From Naegleria gruberi (taxonomy: Eukaryota), in assembly GCA_000004985.1 (NCBI GenBank), contig GG738848.1: a DNA stretch of 64,000 bases; one strand, given 5' to 3'. Made by a program: the position numbers and the translations under genes. The notes below the pieces were generated by a model. That model worked only from the letters and a program-made list of their open reading frames with translations, did not search any database and had not been told where the DNA came from. Numbering within the stretch: position 1 is the stretch's first letter; every line of letters starts with the position of its first letter. Below, in pieces: positions 33,524 through 45,170 of the stretch.

Positions 33524-33700
33524 AAATCAATTAAATATACCCAACTAACAGCAACAAGAACAGCCAATAAATTACATGGTAATTGCAGCTTAGACATTAT
33601 TACTGAGTAAATGAGGAAGGTTGTTGAATAATCTCTTTTCTATCAGCTTTCTAAATGAATTGAGGCGCGAATCACGTTCTTTTTTTAGCCTTCAAAAAAT

Positions 33701-35925
33701 ATGCAAGAACCTCCATCATCGTCATCAGAAGGAAGTGATAATTCATCTACATCAGCAAAACCGAAAGTCATTGAATTGGCTAATATTAAAATACAACATC
33801 AACGCCAACCTCATGTTGAAGTAGTGGAAAATTCACCTTTAAAAACACCAACAGTCAAATATAACGTCGACGATGAGGATAGTGATGATGAAGAAGTTGT
33901 ACAACAATCAAGAGGCAGAGTTGCCGAACATCAAAGTCTATTAAATGGGGAAACGGAACGTGAACATCTCGGAGTCACAAATCTAGATGCCTTCTTTCAA
34001 CAAGTTTATGTATACTTCTATGAAAAAGGCTTTTGGTGCATGTTGGTAGATAGATGTCTACGATTATGGTTTGTTTCGAATATTATTACATTGTTTATTT
34101 ACAATATTATTACAGTACTGTATTTTTCATGATGATATTCTCAACTTTCCTATTTGTATTTCTAAATTGGTATGATATGTGGCATTGTCAGGATGTTGCT
34201 TGTAAAACAGTTCCAGTTTTTCGTAAAAATGTTTGGACAATGAATGCCTTCCATATTGTTGTCCTCTTATTTGAATTCGTTGTTTGTTTTTATTGGATGT
34301 ATTTACTTGTAAAATATCTGAGGGATTTATTGGGAATGTTATCAATCAAACACTTTTTCAATACTGAACTTAATATAACTGAGAAGGATATTCAAACTAT
34401 TCAATGGGTTGAAGTTGTAGAAAAGATTATTGAATTCCAAAATAAGAAAAAGATTAATATTATCAAAAACGTAGACGAATTCGGTATGTATGATTGATTT
34501 TAAACAGTTTTACTGATTGTTATTTAATTAGATATTTTAAACCGTATTATGAGAAAAGAAAATTACTTGATATCATTCATCAATAAGGATGTTATGAATC
34601 TAACACTTCCATTCTCTCAGAAAACTTATCTCTCTGAAATTATTGTTTATAACTTGAGAATTGTTGTAGATAACATGTTCGATAGCGAATTCAAAATTAA
34701 TGAGGCCTTTGTAAAAAACCCAAATGCTCTCAGAGCTTTCTTTGTAAAATTGGGTCTCATTAATTTATTACTCGCACCATTTTTACTTATATATATTATT
34801 TTGTACACTTCATTTAAATACTTAGCCGTAAGTTTTCAGATTGTTTAGTTTAAATTATTTATCATTCAAAAGGAGCTCAAAAACGATCCAAAGAAAGCAC
34901 TTGGAAGAAGGTGGTCATTATATTCCACATTCAAATTCAGAGAGTATCATGAACTTGCTCATGAATATGAGAGAAGACTAAAGGAAGGCTATGGCCCATC
35001 TATTGATTATTTAAATCAATTCCCTAATGTCTTACTTTCTATTGTTGCTAATAGAGCAATGTTTTTTATATCAGCAATAGCCGGAGTAATAATTGTACTT
35101 TCATACTTGAATAACTCACTTACTCTTTATTTGACAGTATTTAATCAAAACTTATTGACTTGGTTGACAACTTTATTATTGGGTTGGGCATTTGCTAAGG
35201 GATTTGTAATTGACGAACATGCCGTTTTCAATCCAAAACAAAAGCTAGATGATGTTTGTGAAATTTTACACCACCACGATCTTAAATGGAAGGGTAAAGG
35301 TCACCATCACGATGTGAGAGATGACTTTGTTGCCCATTTCATTCCTAGCTATTCCTACTTCTTGAATGAAATTGTCAGTGTATTTGTAACACCTATTATC
35401 CTCATTATTTCATTACCAAGAAGTGCAGAGAGAATATCCTCCTTTGTTGATCAAATCACTGTTGATTATCATGGATTAGGACATATTTGTGGTCATGCTG
35501 CATTCAAATTTAATGAATTTGGTAATGATATGTACGGTAGTCAAACTCTTGGAGGTACCAAGCATGCTGCTTCTGAGCATGGTAAAATGGAGTTATCATA
35601 TCTCAGCTTTGTGAATAGATATCCAAACTACAAACCAAAGGATGACAATGGAGAAAAGGCATTTATCAATAACCTTAATCAATCTATTCTTGCAAAGAAG
35701 GAAACCATTAAGGAACAACAACAGCAAGTAGAGCAACCTCCTGTTCAACAACAAGCTGCCAAATTCTCTCCAGTTGTCATAGTGCAACCACCAAGAGAAA
35801 ATACTCTTCGTCCTCCTGTACAAAATGATCTCTCTGAGTCTAGACTTCTTTTCAATATGTTGGAAAGTCAATATCAAATTAGAATGGACCAATCTATGAA
35901 TCAGTCAACCTGGAGAAGAAAATAA
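33701..35925 (+). CDS. ATG9: Autophagy protein ATG9 (multi-exon)
   Basis: NLDAFFQQVYVYFYEKGFWCMLVDRCLRL (ATG9 core start), LNITEKDIQTIQWVEVVEKIIEFQNK, YLISFINKDV, RWSLYSTFKFREYHELAHEYERRLKEGYGPSIDYLNQFP. Multiple TM segments. The upstream region carries a reverse-orientation GAACGTGATT element at 33670-33679. Confidence 0.75.
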
Positions 35926-35934
35926 ACAAATGAT

Positions 35935-36600
35935 TTATTCCATTAAGAAAATTCTGTTTGCAATATCATCAACAATCCAGTCAATACCCTCCGAAATACC
36001 TTCACCAGTTATGGCACTACACCTTTCAACATGAATGTGTCTTGTTGTCTTTGAAGACTTTTGTTCATAGAGGATAGATTCACCAGAGGTAACTACTGTT
36101 GTCTCTGTTGTTTGAGATAATTGTTCCAATCCAAGGAATTTAGCAATATCACTAACACTAAGGGCATTATCTAAATCGGATTTGTTAGCAAGGATCAATA
36201 AACTTGCACCTGCCAATTTTTCCTCTCCTAACAAGAGATTTAATTCTCTCTTACAATCTTCCAATCTGTCAGTATCGGCACTATCAATTACCCAAATCAA
36301 TCCATCTGTATTTTCAAAATAATTTCTCCAATAACTTCTGATTGATTTTTGACCTCCAATATCCCAGAAATTAACCTTAAATGTATTATTAGTTGGTGTT
36401 TGAGCTACATCTTTTGATGCATCCTTTTCATAATAAATTGTGTCAATATTAAATCCTAGTGTTGGAGAAATTTCATCAAGAGGTTGATTTTTCAGCTTTT
36501 TAACGATCGTTGTTTTTCCTGCGTTATCCAACCCGAGAATAAGTACTCTCATTTGTCTTTCCTGTTCACGGAGCTTTTTCAAAATACTCATAAGACCCAT
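35935..36600 (-). CDS. ARL2: ADP-ribosylation factor-like GTPase ARL2
   Basis: [36 protein letters not shown]...[65 protein letters not shown] and C-terminal [25 protein letters not shown] are near-identical in pattern to ARL2. There is a 27-aa in-frame insertion between G4 and G5. Confidence 0.85.
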   Translation of the reverse strand: MGLMSILKKLREQERQMRVLILGLDNAGKTTIVKKLKNQPLDEISPTLGFNIDTIYYEKDASKDVAQTPTNNTFKVNFWDIGGQKSIRSYWRNYFENTDGLIWVIDSADTDRLEDCKRELNLLLGEEKLAGASLLILANKSDLDNALSVSDIAKFLGLEQLSQTTETTVVTSGESILYEQKSSKTTRHIHVERCSAITGEGISEGIDWIVDDIANRIFLME

Positions 36601-36970
36601 TGTATTGTATTCGGAAGTGTATTAAAATGTGTACAAAATTGTGAGGAGCAAAGAAGGTGATATTCTTTCTTTTTTTTGATTTTGAAAATTGAAAAAGGCG
36701 CCAACACTACCTACAACAACTTTTCGAAGAAAATACAAAATACTGTGGAAGTGAGAACTACAATCGGTAGTAAGGAATATAATTTTGTAAACTTTAATAA
36801 GATATTAATATATTAATATTATAAATTTAATGGAACAATATCTAATATAATTTTTTTAAATTGTTATCCTTAAAATATCCACCTTCTCAATATTAAATAT
36901 TTTGTAATCCTTCCAATAATTATCATCATCACATTAAATATTTAATTCTAAATATCCGATAATCTATTTT

Positions 36971-38763
36971 ATGAAATTCAATCAAAAAAAAATGTCCAAA
37001 CAACTAGTCCGAAATGTTCTCCTCCAAACAAGCAAGAGAAGTTTTCATACCAGTGCTCAATTAAAGAAGGATTACATCTTGGGAGTTTATAAAGATGGAA
37101 GTTTTTCTCCATCAGCCTATAATTTATTATCGGAACAATTCTTGTCATCACCATTCTTTACAAAGAAGGATTGGAAGGAAGGAAAGATTTCTCTGATTGA
37201 TTGTGGAATGTTTTTTGATGGAAATAAGTGTAGTATTGCAAAGAATGAAATTACTACTGATGATAGAATAGTTTTTGTTGGTTTGGGAGAAAAGGATGTT
37301 TCTACAAAGAAAATTTCATACAAGAAGAAGTTGTTTAAGGAACAATTTGGTCAACATGAAATTGTTGATATTAATCAACCAAGTGTTAGAGATTTGGCCC
37401 AAAAAGCTGTTCAAGCCTTGTTGTCTGATGTTAAAAAACCAAAGGAAGAAAAATCTGAAAAGTCTGAAGAAGAGGAAAATGATTCTACTCTTGAAGTTTT
37501 CATTGATGATTTGACTAATGGTCAAGAAGCAGTTGAAGGATTAAAACTTGGAAGTTGGAAGTTTATTAAATTGTCAAAGAAAACTGCCAGTAAGACACTC
37601 AATCAATTATCTGAAGGAAAGGTTAATGTTTCTTCTAATATTGAAAAGGAAGTTATTGATAGAGCTATTATTTATTCTGATGCTCAAAACTTTTCAGCAT
37701 ACTTGTCTGAATTACCTGCCAACTATCTCACTCCAAAGTTGTTCTGTAAAACAGTAACTGAAAAATTCCAAACTGAATTGGGTGATTTACTCTCAAAGGA
37801 AAATTCACCATTAACCATCAAGGAACACGACAAGAAATGGTGTGAAGAAATGAAGATGGGATCTTTCTTGGGTGTTTCTCAAGGATCTGCTGAGGAGCCA
37901 AGAGTGTTAGAAATTACATTCATGAATAATCCAAAAGATAACACCAACTTTGATATTATCTATGTCGGTAAGGGTATCACTTTTGATTCTGGTGGTATTT
38001 CAATTAAACCAGCTGCAGGAATGAAAGATATGAAGGGAGACATGTCAGGTGCTGGATCTGTTATGGCAACCATGTTGGCTGTTTGTAAATTGAATCTTCC
38101 TGTCAATATCAAGTGTATTGCCATGTTGTGTGAAGTAAGTACATTACAATATTTCATTCATAATTAACATTTGAAAGAATATGCCATCCTCCACTGCCTA
38201 TAAACCAGGTGATGTCATTACAGCAAGAAATGGTAAAACCATTGAAGTTGATAACACTGACGCTGAAGGTAGATTGGCTCTTGCTGATGGTTTGTGTTAT
38301 GCTTCAGAATTCAAACCAAATCATTTGATTGATGTTGCCACTCTTACAGGTGCTTGTGTTGTTGCTTTGGGAACCAAATTGACTGGTTGTTATACCTCAA
38401 CTAATGACATGTGGAAGAGATTTGAAAAGTCAGGTATTAACACAAAGGATTATGTAAGTATTTCACAATCTCATCAAATTTCTGACAATTATTCCAATCT
38501 AATAGATGTGGAGAATGCCATTCATGCCAACTGAATATGAAAAGCAAAATGAAAGCAATGTTGCCCATGTCAAGAACTCTGGAGGTAGAAATGCTGGCAG
38601 TATCACTGCTTGTTGTTTCTTATCCGAATTTGTTGATTTTGAAAAGGTTCCAAATTATGCCCATCTCGATATTGCTGGAACCAATTCAGATGCTAAGGGA
38701 ATTCACAATGGTCGACCAACAAGAGCTCTTATTGAATATGTAAGACTCTTACAAGAAGAATAA
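36971..38763 (+). CDS. M17 leucyl aminopeptidase (cytosol aminopeptidase); join(36971..38134,38178..38453,38506..38763)
   Basis: [17 protein letters not shown] signature, [25 protein letters not shown]. Two introns (43 nt GTAAGT...GAAAG; 52 nt GTAAGT...AATAG) restore [19 protein letters not shown] and ...[16 protein letters not shown]. Confidence 0.9.
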
Positions 38764-39013
38764 ACCCTTATTATTATTAATACCTTGATGCAATAATATT
38801 TTCTCTAGAGATTGTCACAGTTTCGGCAACAATTTCGTTCCACTCTTATACAATGTTGCTTAAGAGCTTGATAGTAAACTAAATGAGCACGAAAATGAAT
38901 GAAATATAAAAATCTCTCTAACAGGATAACTAACTTTTGGGAAGATTTAGGATTACTTGCCATCTTTCGTCAGGTTTATTTAAAAAGAAAGCCCTCAAAG
39001 GCCATAAGCATCA

Positions 39014-40492
39014 ATGTTAACTGTGCCTTGTGCCACAACAGAATTCGAAACAATTACCGGTGCCACAGACATTTCGGGCAAAGTAAAAGAAACACAAAAA
39101 ACAATAGAAACAACGAGAAGATCTTCCATTGCAGATATTTCAGAGAGTTACCCAAGTGAATTTTCATTTCATTCAAATTCGTATCTACCACCTGCTAACT
39201 ATTCGAATCCTTCCGAAACCGTTGATGATCACCAACAAGAACCAACAACACTCATTGATCAACTCATACAAACTTTTGACGAATTAATAATTGATAAATT
39301 AGTGATGGGATTACTTACACCAAGAAAAAGAGAACGATTCTCTCTAAATCATCAACATTCGAATAATAATTTAACACCTCTCAGTCCAATAACAAACAGA
39401 AAATCAACACAATCCATGCCAACAACTCCTGTTGGTGAAGATGATTTTGTGAGGATCATGTTGGTGAGTGGAGAAAATTGGGGAGTTGGACAATCATCAA
39501 TTGCAAAGAGATTTGTTTTAAACCAATTTGTAGAGGAAAAGGATTCGGATTTTGTTTCGAAACATGTTTCTAAAAGTTATTCGAAAGAGATTATTCTTCG
39601 AACAGCAACACAAGAAAAGAATAATTTAACACTCCTTGAAGAAAATAACAATAGAATGAAGGAAAATGTTACTGGAAGTGTCGAATCAATTTATTACACA
39701 ACACCACAAATGGCAAATAATAATTTACTAACAATAGGACAGCAGCAGCAACATTCGAATAGTGTTGGGCTTAGTAGTGAAAGGATGAGTTATTTGTATG
39801 ATCAGCAGACAAATGCTTCACCTTCAACTCATTCTCTACTTTCTAATGCTTCATCATCAGTTTCTAATAGTTCAGAATCTTTACTTTTTCATCCAAGAAG
39901 CAATGTAATACTCCAAATTGAAGATTATGTTCCATCCTATATTACTGATTTGGAAACAACCGATGATAGATTATCAAATTGTGAAAATTATTATGATGAA
40001 CAGTTTTATTTGGAATTTAAGAGAAATCAACAAGATTATTATTATGAAAAAGATGTTTTCCTGATTTGTTTTGATGGAAAGAATGAGGATTTTTTGAATT
40101 ATGTGTACAATGAGATTGAAACTATTCGAAATGCATGTGATGAATTCACTGAATATAAAATAATTGCCTTAGTTTTGACTAAACAAGATCTCAACAAGGA
40201 ACAAAATCAAGCAAATGAGGAAATTCATGCCACCACCAGTACTACTATTCTATCTGAGGAGAAACGAGAACAAATGATTGAAAAATTATTGGAAGAAACT
40301 AAATTGGAATTGTTTAGAGTGAGTGCCAAGGATAATGTCAATATTCAGGAATTATTCCAACAAATGGCAGAGAAGGCAATTGCTGTAAAGGAAAAGAAAT
40401 CAAGACTCAAAGCAAAACTGAAAAAGAAAATGGACACTCATCAACATAATAGACAATATGAACAACAAAAACATAAATGTTTATTACAATAA
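39014..40492 (+). CDS. Divergent Ras-superfamily GTPase-like protein with a degenerate P-loop and a large insertion
   Basis: IMLVSGENWGVGQSSIAKRFV occupies the position of a P-loop (GxxxxGKS/T replaced by GENWGVGQSS). LTKQDL (an NKxD-like G4) and FRVSAKDNVNIQELF (a SAK-like G5) lie about 250 residues later. The N-terminal region is Ser/Asn-rich low complexity. Confidence 0.4.
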   Translation: MLTVPCATTEFETITGATDISGKVKETQKTIETTRRSSIADISESYPSEFSFHSNSYLPPANYSNPSETVDDHQQEPTTLIDQLIQTFDELIIDKLVMGLLTPRKRERFSLNHQHSNNNLTPLSPITNRKSTQSMPTTPVGEDDFVRIMLVSGENWGVGQSSIAKRFVLNQFVEEKDSDFVSKHVSKSYSKEIILRTATQEKNNLTLLEENNNRMKENVTGSVESIYYTTPQMANNNLLTIGQQQQHSNSVGLSSERMSYLYDQQTNASPSTHSLLSNASSSVSNSSESLLFHPRSNVILQIEDYVPSYITDLETTDDRLSNCENYYDEQFYLEFKRNQQDYYYEKDVFLICFDGKNEDFLNYVYNEIETIRNACDEFTEYKIIALVLTKQDLNKEQNQANEEIHATTSTTILSEEKREQMIEKLLEETKLELFRVSAKDNVNIQELFQQMAEKAIAVKEKKSRLKAKLKKKMDTHQHNRQYEQQKHKCLLQ

Positions 40493-40679
40493 TTTGATAA
40501 TTAGATTTGGAGCATTTCATTGTAATCTACTCGTTCGAATACAAAAGCAAGCTGCAGTTGATGAAGACCTCCAAACAGCTACTACTTCCTCACAATTTCC
40601 AGAAACAATTCGTTAGCTCCTACTGAATATAAAATTTCAAAAATTAACAATTGTGATTGCAAAAGTTTTGGTTTTGCTA

Positions 40680-41618
40680 TCAGTGAAAGAATTGAATAGC
40701 ATTTCCATTAAGAATCATTTCCAGTAGTCCTAATTGTTGATCCACACAAATTGCTTTAACTATTCCATCAATTTCTTTGGTTTGTTTGTTAATCAAATTA
40801 AAATTCATGTCAATGTGAAATATTTTCAACCAAGTTTTAGGTTCCAAATTCAAAGAATAATAAATATAAATATTATTGGAATTTCTGTCATAATTCATTA
40901 AATATTCTGCTGAAAAATTAATTTCATATCTGCTTGATGAAACCCACTCATGATCACTCACTTTCCTATATATTTGAATATCCTTAACATTACAATAAAT
41001 AATCTCAGTATCTGAAATTGCATCAATCGCATAACAGCAATAAAAGGAAGGAAGATTATTCTTGATTGGCATTCCATCAGAACATTTATAACACTTGGTA
41101 TCTATGGATGAGTATTCAGCAGTGATTAGTATCCTTTCATTATCTAAATTTAGTGTTGTCATGCTAAAAGTTTCGTTTAATCCAAAGCTCCATAATTCGT
41201 CTCCAATTCCACTCAACCATTTGCTAAGTAAATATTTACAACACTTGTAATTGTTTGAGGAATCTTTGGTAATTATATAAATCTCATCGAATTCTTCATT
41301 AATTGTTGAACAAATGTAATCATTTCGGAAATTTATAATATTCGAAACTTTTCTATTATTTCTATTCAGTATAATAATTTCGTTTGGATAGAAAATAAGA
41401 ATACAATCAAATCGATAGGCAATTTTCAAATCACAATATGCTATCTCTTTGGAATTAATTTCTATTGGAATGTCATGAACTAGATCAAAATTCATGGAAA
41501 ATATTCGCTTGGCAGGTGACATTAATTTTGATTTCAACCAAACTTCAAGAATCTCATAATCATCTTCTAGTCTTGTTGAAGTTTTACGAAAATCAATCAA
41601 AGAAACAACAAAAAACAT
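40680..41618 (-). CDS. Hypothetical protein (312 aa), no recognised domain
   Basis: Single long ORF; ATG at 41618 (the track ORF starts at an upstream TTG). Cys-rich in the middle (CCKYLLSKW, CYKCSDG, YCCYAIDA). Confidence 0.35.
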   Translation of the reverse strand: MFFVVSLIDFRKTSTRLEDDYEILEVWLKSKLMSPAKRIFSMNFDLVHDIPIEINSKEIAYCDLKIAYRFDCILIFYPNEIIILNRNNRKVSNIINFRNDYICSTINEEFDEIYIITKDSSNNYKCCKYLLSKWLSGIGDELWSFGLNETFSMTTLNLDNERILITAEYSSIDTKCYKCSDGMPIKNNLPSFYCCYAIDAISDTEIIYCNVKDIQIYRKVSDHEWVSSSRYEINFSAEYLMNYDRNSNNIYIYYSLNLEPKTWLKIFHIDMNFNLINKQTKEIDGIVKAICVDQQLGLLEMILNGNAIQFFH

Positions 41619-41833
41619 TTTTTTACATGTCAAATATCATTTTACCAGTGTTATGATTGGAAGCAAAATGTTCATAATTTTACAATCAAAGAAATTTGGT
41701 CTTCCCTGAATCTAAAAACACCTGACTTCTCAACGTGCAAAATTAGCTTTGCCTGGCTTTAAATCTGAAATGAGAATTGCTGAATCCTGTCCGAACAACA
41801 AAAAAAAAACACCAAAATCCTACCCAGCTTTCA

Positions 41834-42937
41834 ATGTCAGCATCTCCCATAATTTTCGACCTTGGAATTTTCGAACAAGAGTTTCCATTGTTTATCGGAC
41901 CGAATCAAGAAGAAGCATATGATTTTAAAGCAGCTGCATCAAGTGATGAAAATGATGATTTTGAGGTTGATAAGGAGTGTCATGATAAAGTAACTTCAAT
42001 CTTTAGAGATGATGATCAACAACCAATCGTTGATAATCAACAACAAGAAGGTGCCACAGTCAGCCATGATAACCATACTGCTCAAATTTCTTCATCAAGT
42101 GTTGGTGATGATGATGATGATATCTTTCTGAAAGAAGATGACATATTCAGCCATGATAGCAGTACTGCTCAAATTTCCTCATCAAATACTAATAGTGGTA
42201 TTGGTAATGAGTGTAACACTGAAACTGGTTATGAAAGTTTGGCTTTCCAGGTTTCTAACCTTCCTGATTGTACAACAGGTTCCAGTCAGAACACATTGCA
42301 ATGTGCAACCATTTCAATGGAAGACAATAGAAAATCTTCCAGTCGATTTGACACCTCTGCACAAGTGAAGAAGGGCAGAAGAAAGCACTCCCCCAAAAAA
42401 TTAGCTGAACAGAAAGAAGAGGAAAAGCAGGTCAAGAAGGTTGTGGAAACACAAGAAAATCCAACACTTAAATGGGAACACACAAAGATATGTTCTAAGA
42501 ATACATATTTGGAGATTGATATTGGAGAGAGAGAATTCTCTTTAAGTATTGAAGTATTCCAAACTGGCACTGGAAGCCATGGACCACTCGAAGAACTTAA
42601 GGAACACATACAAAAAGTTAGTGATCTTTCGATAACAATTCAAAACTTGAACACCACAGAGAAAAATTATATTTCCCTACAAGATCATCTCCCGAAAGCC
42701 ACATGCAAAGAACGTAAAAAAACAACTTGGATCAAACTTGGTGGTGGAGACTATTTGTTTTTGTGTTGTGATGGACACAAATTCGAAAATGCGCATAATT
42801 TTATTTCAATCAATAACCAGGGCATTAGAACTCGAAACCAAAATCTCAATCAATACTCCAAAAAGTGCAAAAAAGATGCAACTCGTTTAATAATTAGTTC
42901 AGACCTATCTGAGTTAAACACTCTTAAGAAGCAATGA
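41834..42937 (+). CDS. Hypothetical acidic/Ser-rich protein
   Basis: Long ORF with internal duplicated segments (HDNHTAQISSSSVGDDDDDIF / HDSSTAQISSSNTNSGIG), a basic patch KKGRRKHSPKK, and a C-terminal Cys/His cluster (CCDGHKFENAH). Confidence 0.35.
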   Translation: MSASPIIFDLGIFEQEFPLFIGPNQEEAYDFKAAASSDENDDFEVDKECHDKVTSIFRDDDQQPIVDNQQQEGATVSHDNHTAQISSSSVGDDDDDIFLKEDDIFSHDSSTAQISSSNTNSGIGNECNTETGYESLAFQVSNLPDCTTGSSQNTLQCATISMEDNRKSSSRFDTSAQVKKGRRKHSPKKLAEQKEEEKQVKKVVETQENPTLKWEHTKICSKNTYLEIDIGEREFSLSIEVFQTGTGSHGPLEELKEHIQKVSDLSITIQNLNTTEKNYISLQDHLPKATCKERKKTTWIKLGGGDYLFLCCDGHKFENAHNFISINNQGIRTRNQNLNQYSKKCKKDATRLIISSDLSELNTLKKQ

Positions 42938-43174
42938 ACAATGAACAATACGACACATTATTATTTCAAGATGTTACCAGAACTGCCACACCCAGTGTAT
43001 GACAGTTCTTGTACAGTATTTGAAATAATAATATGGAACATTGTTTAATAAAAATACCTTACTTGAATTTTAATGATTGTAAATACTAATTTCTGAAGAA
43101 TAGGTTCTAAGCGTCGATAATTTAGTGGTCCATAGAATACATGGATTTGTGAAATGTAAGTCAACTGATTAATT

Positions 43175-44887
43175 TTATTTCTTCTCTTCTTCAATCTTAA
43201 TTTCGTCTGATTTATCTTTGGCATTATCACTGGTTGTACTTTTATCATCATCTTCCTTCTCTTCCTCAAGCTTTTTCTTTTCAAATTCCTTTCTCAAATT
43301 ATCAACTTCAACCAAATACTCTTCAACATGATTAAGACAATCTTCCTTTTCATAGATATATCTCATCAAGTAGGTTTGAACTTCAGCAGTGGTCAACTTG
43401 TGTTCAGGAATCAATTCAGAAATCTTGGCTCCCAATTCTTCATCCTTAAAGAATCTGGCAGCCATTTGTCTGATTTGATCCTTAGTAGAGTTTTCAAACT
43501 TGATTTTGAAATCAATTCTTCCAGGTCTAACAAGAGCAGGATCCAATCTATCAATGTGATTTGTAGTCATAAAGATAATTCTAGGGAATTGAGAGAATGA
43601 AGCAACACCATCGAGAGCATTCAATAATCCTGAAAAACTAACTCCTTGAACATCTGCAGAGGCCTTTCTATTTTCATTGAATGCTGCATCAATATCTTCC
43701 AATAGAACGATACCTCTTTTTGGGAGCTTTGTTAACATCTTTTGCAATTTGGAATCGTCCAAGCTCTTATCATTCAAACTAACTGAAAATAAACAACACT
43801 TCAATTTGGCAGCCATAGCCAAAACTAAACTTGATTTACCAGAACCAGGAGGACCATAACAAAGATACCCTCTCTGATAATTGAGACTATTTTCCCTGTA
43901 GAAGATTTCATTACTCATAAATCTATCCATGTCCTTAATCAAATTTTGCTTAATGTCTTCTTCCAAATAGACAGTATCAAATGAACGATAAGGTCTATCA
44001 CACAACTTTTCCCAATCTCTATAATAATCAGTGGAGAGAGTATAGACTGAAGTGACACCCTTCTCACTTTGGAAATAACATTCAATGGCTTCTTGAAGAA
44101 TATTCTTCAAAATTTCCTTTCCATTCCATGCAGAAACAGTAAGAACAAGTTTTGTAGTATCTTCCTTGTCACCATTCTTATCCTTTTCAAAACTTGGGTC
44201 GATACGTTGAATGGTAATCTTGTGACCTTTGAAATAAAAGCCATGTGAACCAGGACCTGGAACAAGTTGTAAAACTAGATCATTTTCATTGTCTTCCTCA
44301 TTGTGACGATGATTATTTGAGAGATCATTCTTGGCATGAACTGTCAGATGCTTGGCATTTTGAAAATGTTCAACAGTACCCAACCAATGCATCAAACAAA
44401 CATAAATAGTATTGAACTTGTAATTTTCCTTTTCCTTCACTTCAACAGAATAATTGAAAATATCTCTAATGTAATAATAGATTTCTTCAAGTTTGTTCAC
44501 AACATAGGTCCAAACTTTACCAAACACAACCAATGCAATACCGGCAGTGAAAATATTATTACTCGTCATGAAAGAAAACATGAAGGAAATGAAAAATTGA
44601 AACAAGGCAGATTGGACCACAAAACTTGGAAAACAAACCAAAACCAAAGATTCCAATCCCTTGTGAATATATTGATCAGTCATGGTAGAATTCCATATCA
44701 TTGAACCATTATTTCCGGTGCCACCAAAAGGAGAGGAAGCATTAAAAGAAGAACCAAAAAACATTGATCCCGTAAAGAATTGACTCAAGAATGAATTTGA
44801 TTCAAAGAAACCACCACCCTGCGTTAAAGTAGTCAAGGGATTATGCTCAGAGGAGAGCAATGTACTGAGAGGAGAATCAGTGGCCAT
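43175..44887 (-). CDS. BCS1: Mitochondrial chaperone BCS1 (AAA+ ATPase) with a Lys/Glu-rich C-terminal extension
   Basis: BCS1 N-terminal domain, then Walker A GYLCYGPPGSGKSSLVLAMA, Walker B VLLEDIDAAF, and the arginine-finger region LVRPGRIDFKI. Confidence 0.85.
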   Translation of the reverse strand: MATDSPLSTLLSSEHNPLTTLTQGGGFFESNSFLSQFFTGSMFFGSSFNASSPFGGTGNNGSMIWNSTMTDQYIHKGLESLVLVCFPSFVVQSALFQFFISFMFSFMTSNNIFTAGIALVVFGKVWTYVVNKLEEIYYYIRDIFNYSVEVKEKENYKFNTIYVCLMHWLGTVEHFQNAKHLTVHAKNDLSNNHRHNEEDNENDLVLQLVPGPGSHGFYFKGHKITIQRIDPSFEKDKNGDKEDTTKLVLTVSAWNGKEILKNILQEAIECYFQSEKGVTSVYTLSTDYYRDWEKLCDRPYRSFDTVYLEEDIKQNLIKDMDRFMSNEIFYRENSLNYQRGYLCYGPPGSGKSSLVLAMAAKLKCCLFSVSLNDKSLDDSKLQKMLTKLPKRGIVLLEDIDAAFNENRKASADVQGVSFSGLLNALDGVASFSQFPRIIFMTTNHIDRLDPALVRPGRIDFKIKFENSTKDQIRQMAARFFKDEELGAKISELIPEHKLTTAEVQTYLMRYIYEKEDCLNHVEEYLVEVDNLRKEFEKKKLEEEKEDDDKSTTSDNAKDKSDEIKIEEEKK

Positions 44888-45170
44888 TTTTTTTTGAAGA
44901 ATGTTGGTGAATTTTCTAATTTCGAGCTTTTTGAATCTTTTTACAGCGGCAGATTTGTGAAGTTGAGTTATTTTTAAACTTTATGAAGATGTTTCATTGA
45001 AGTGGAAGGTTCGCTTACTACAGTATTGAAATCCTTAGAGCGGATCAAATGAATTTTTTGTGGGTTACTTTGTTTTTGGGGTTACTTTGTTTTTTTGATG
45101 ACAATTAATTGATGATTAATTGTAAAAGTTGAATTCCTTCATTTTCGAGATTGAAAAAACATGAAAAAAA

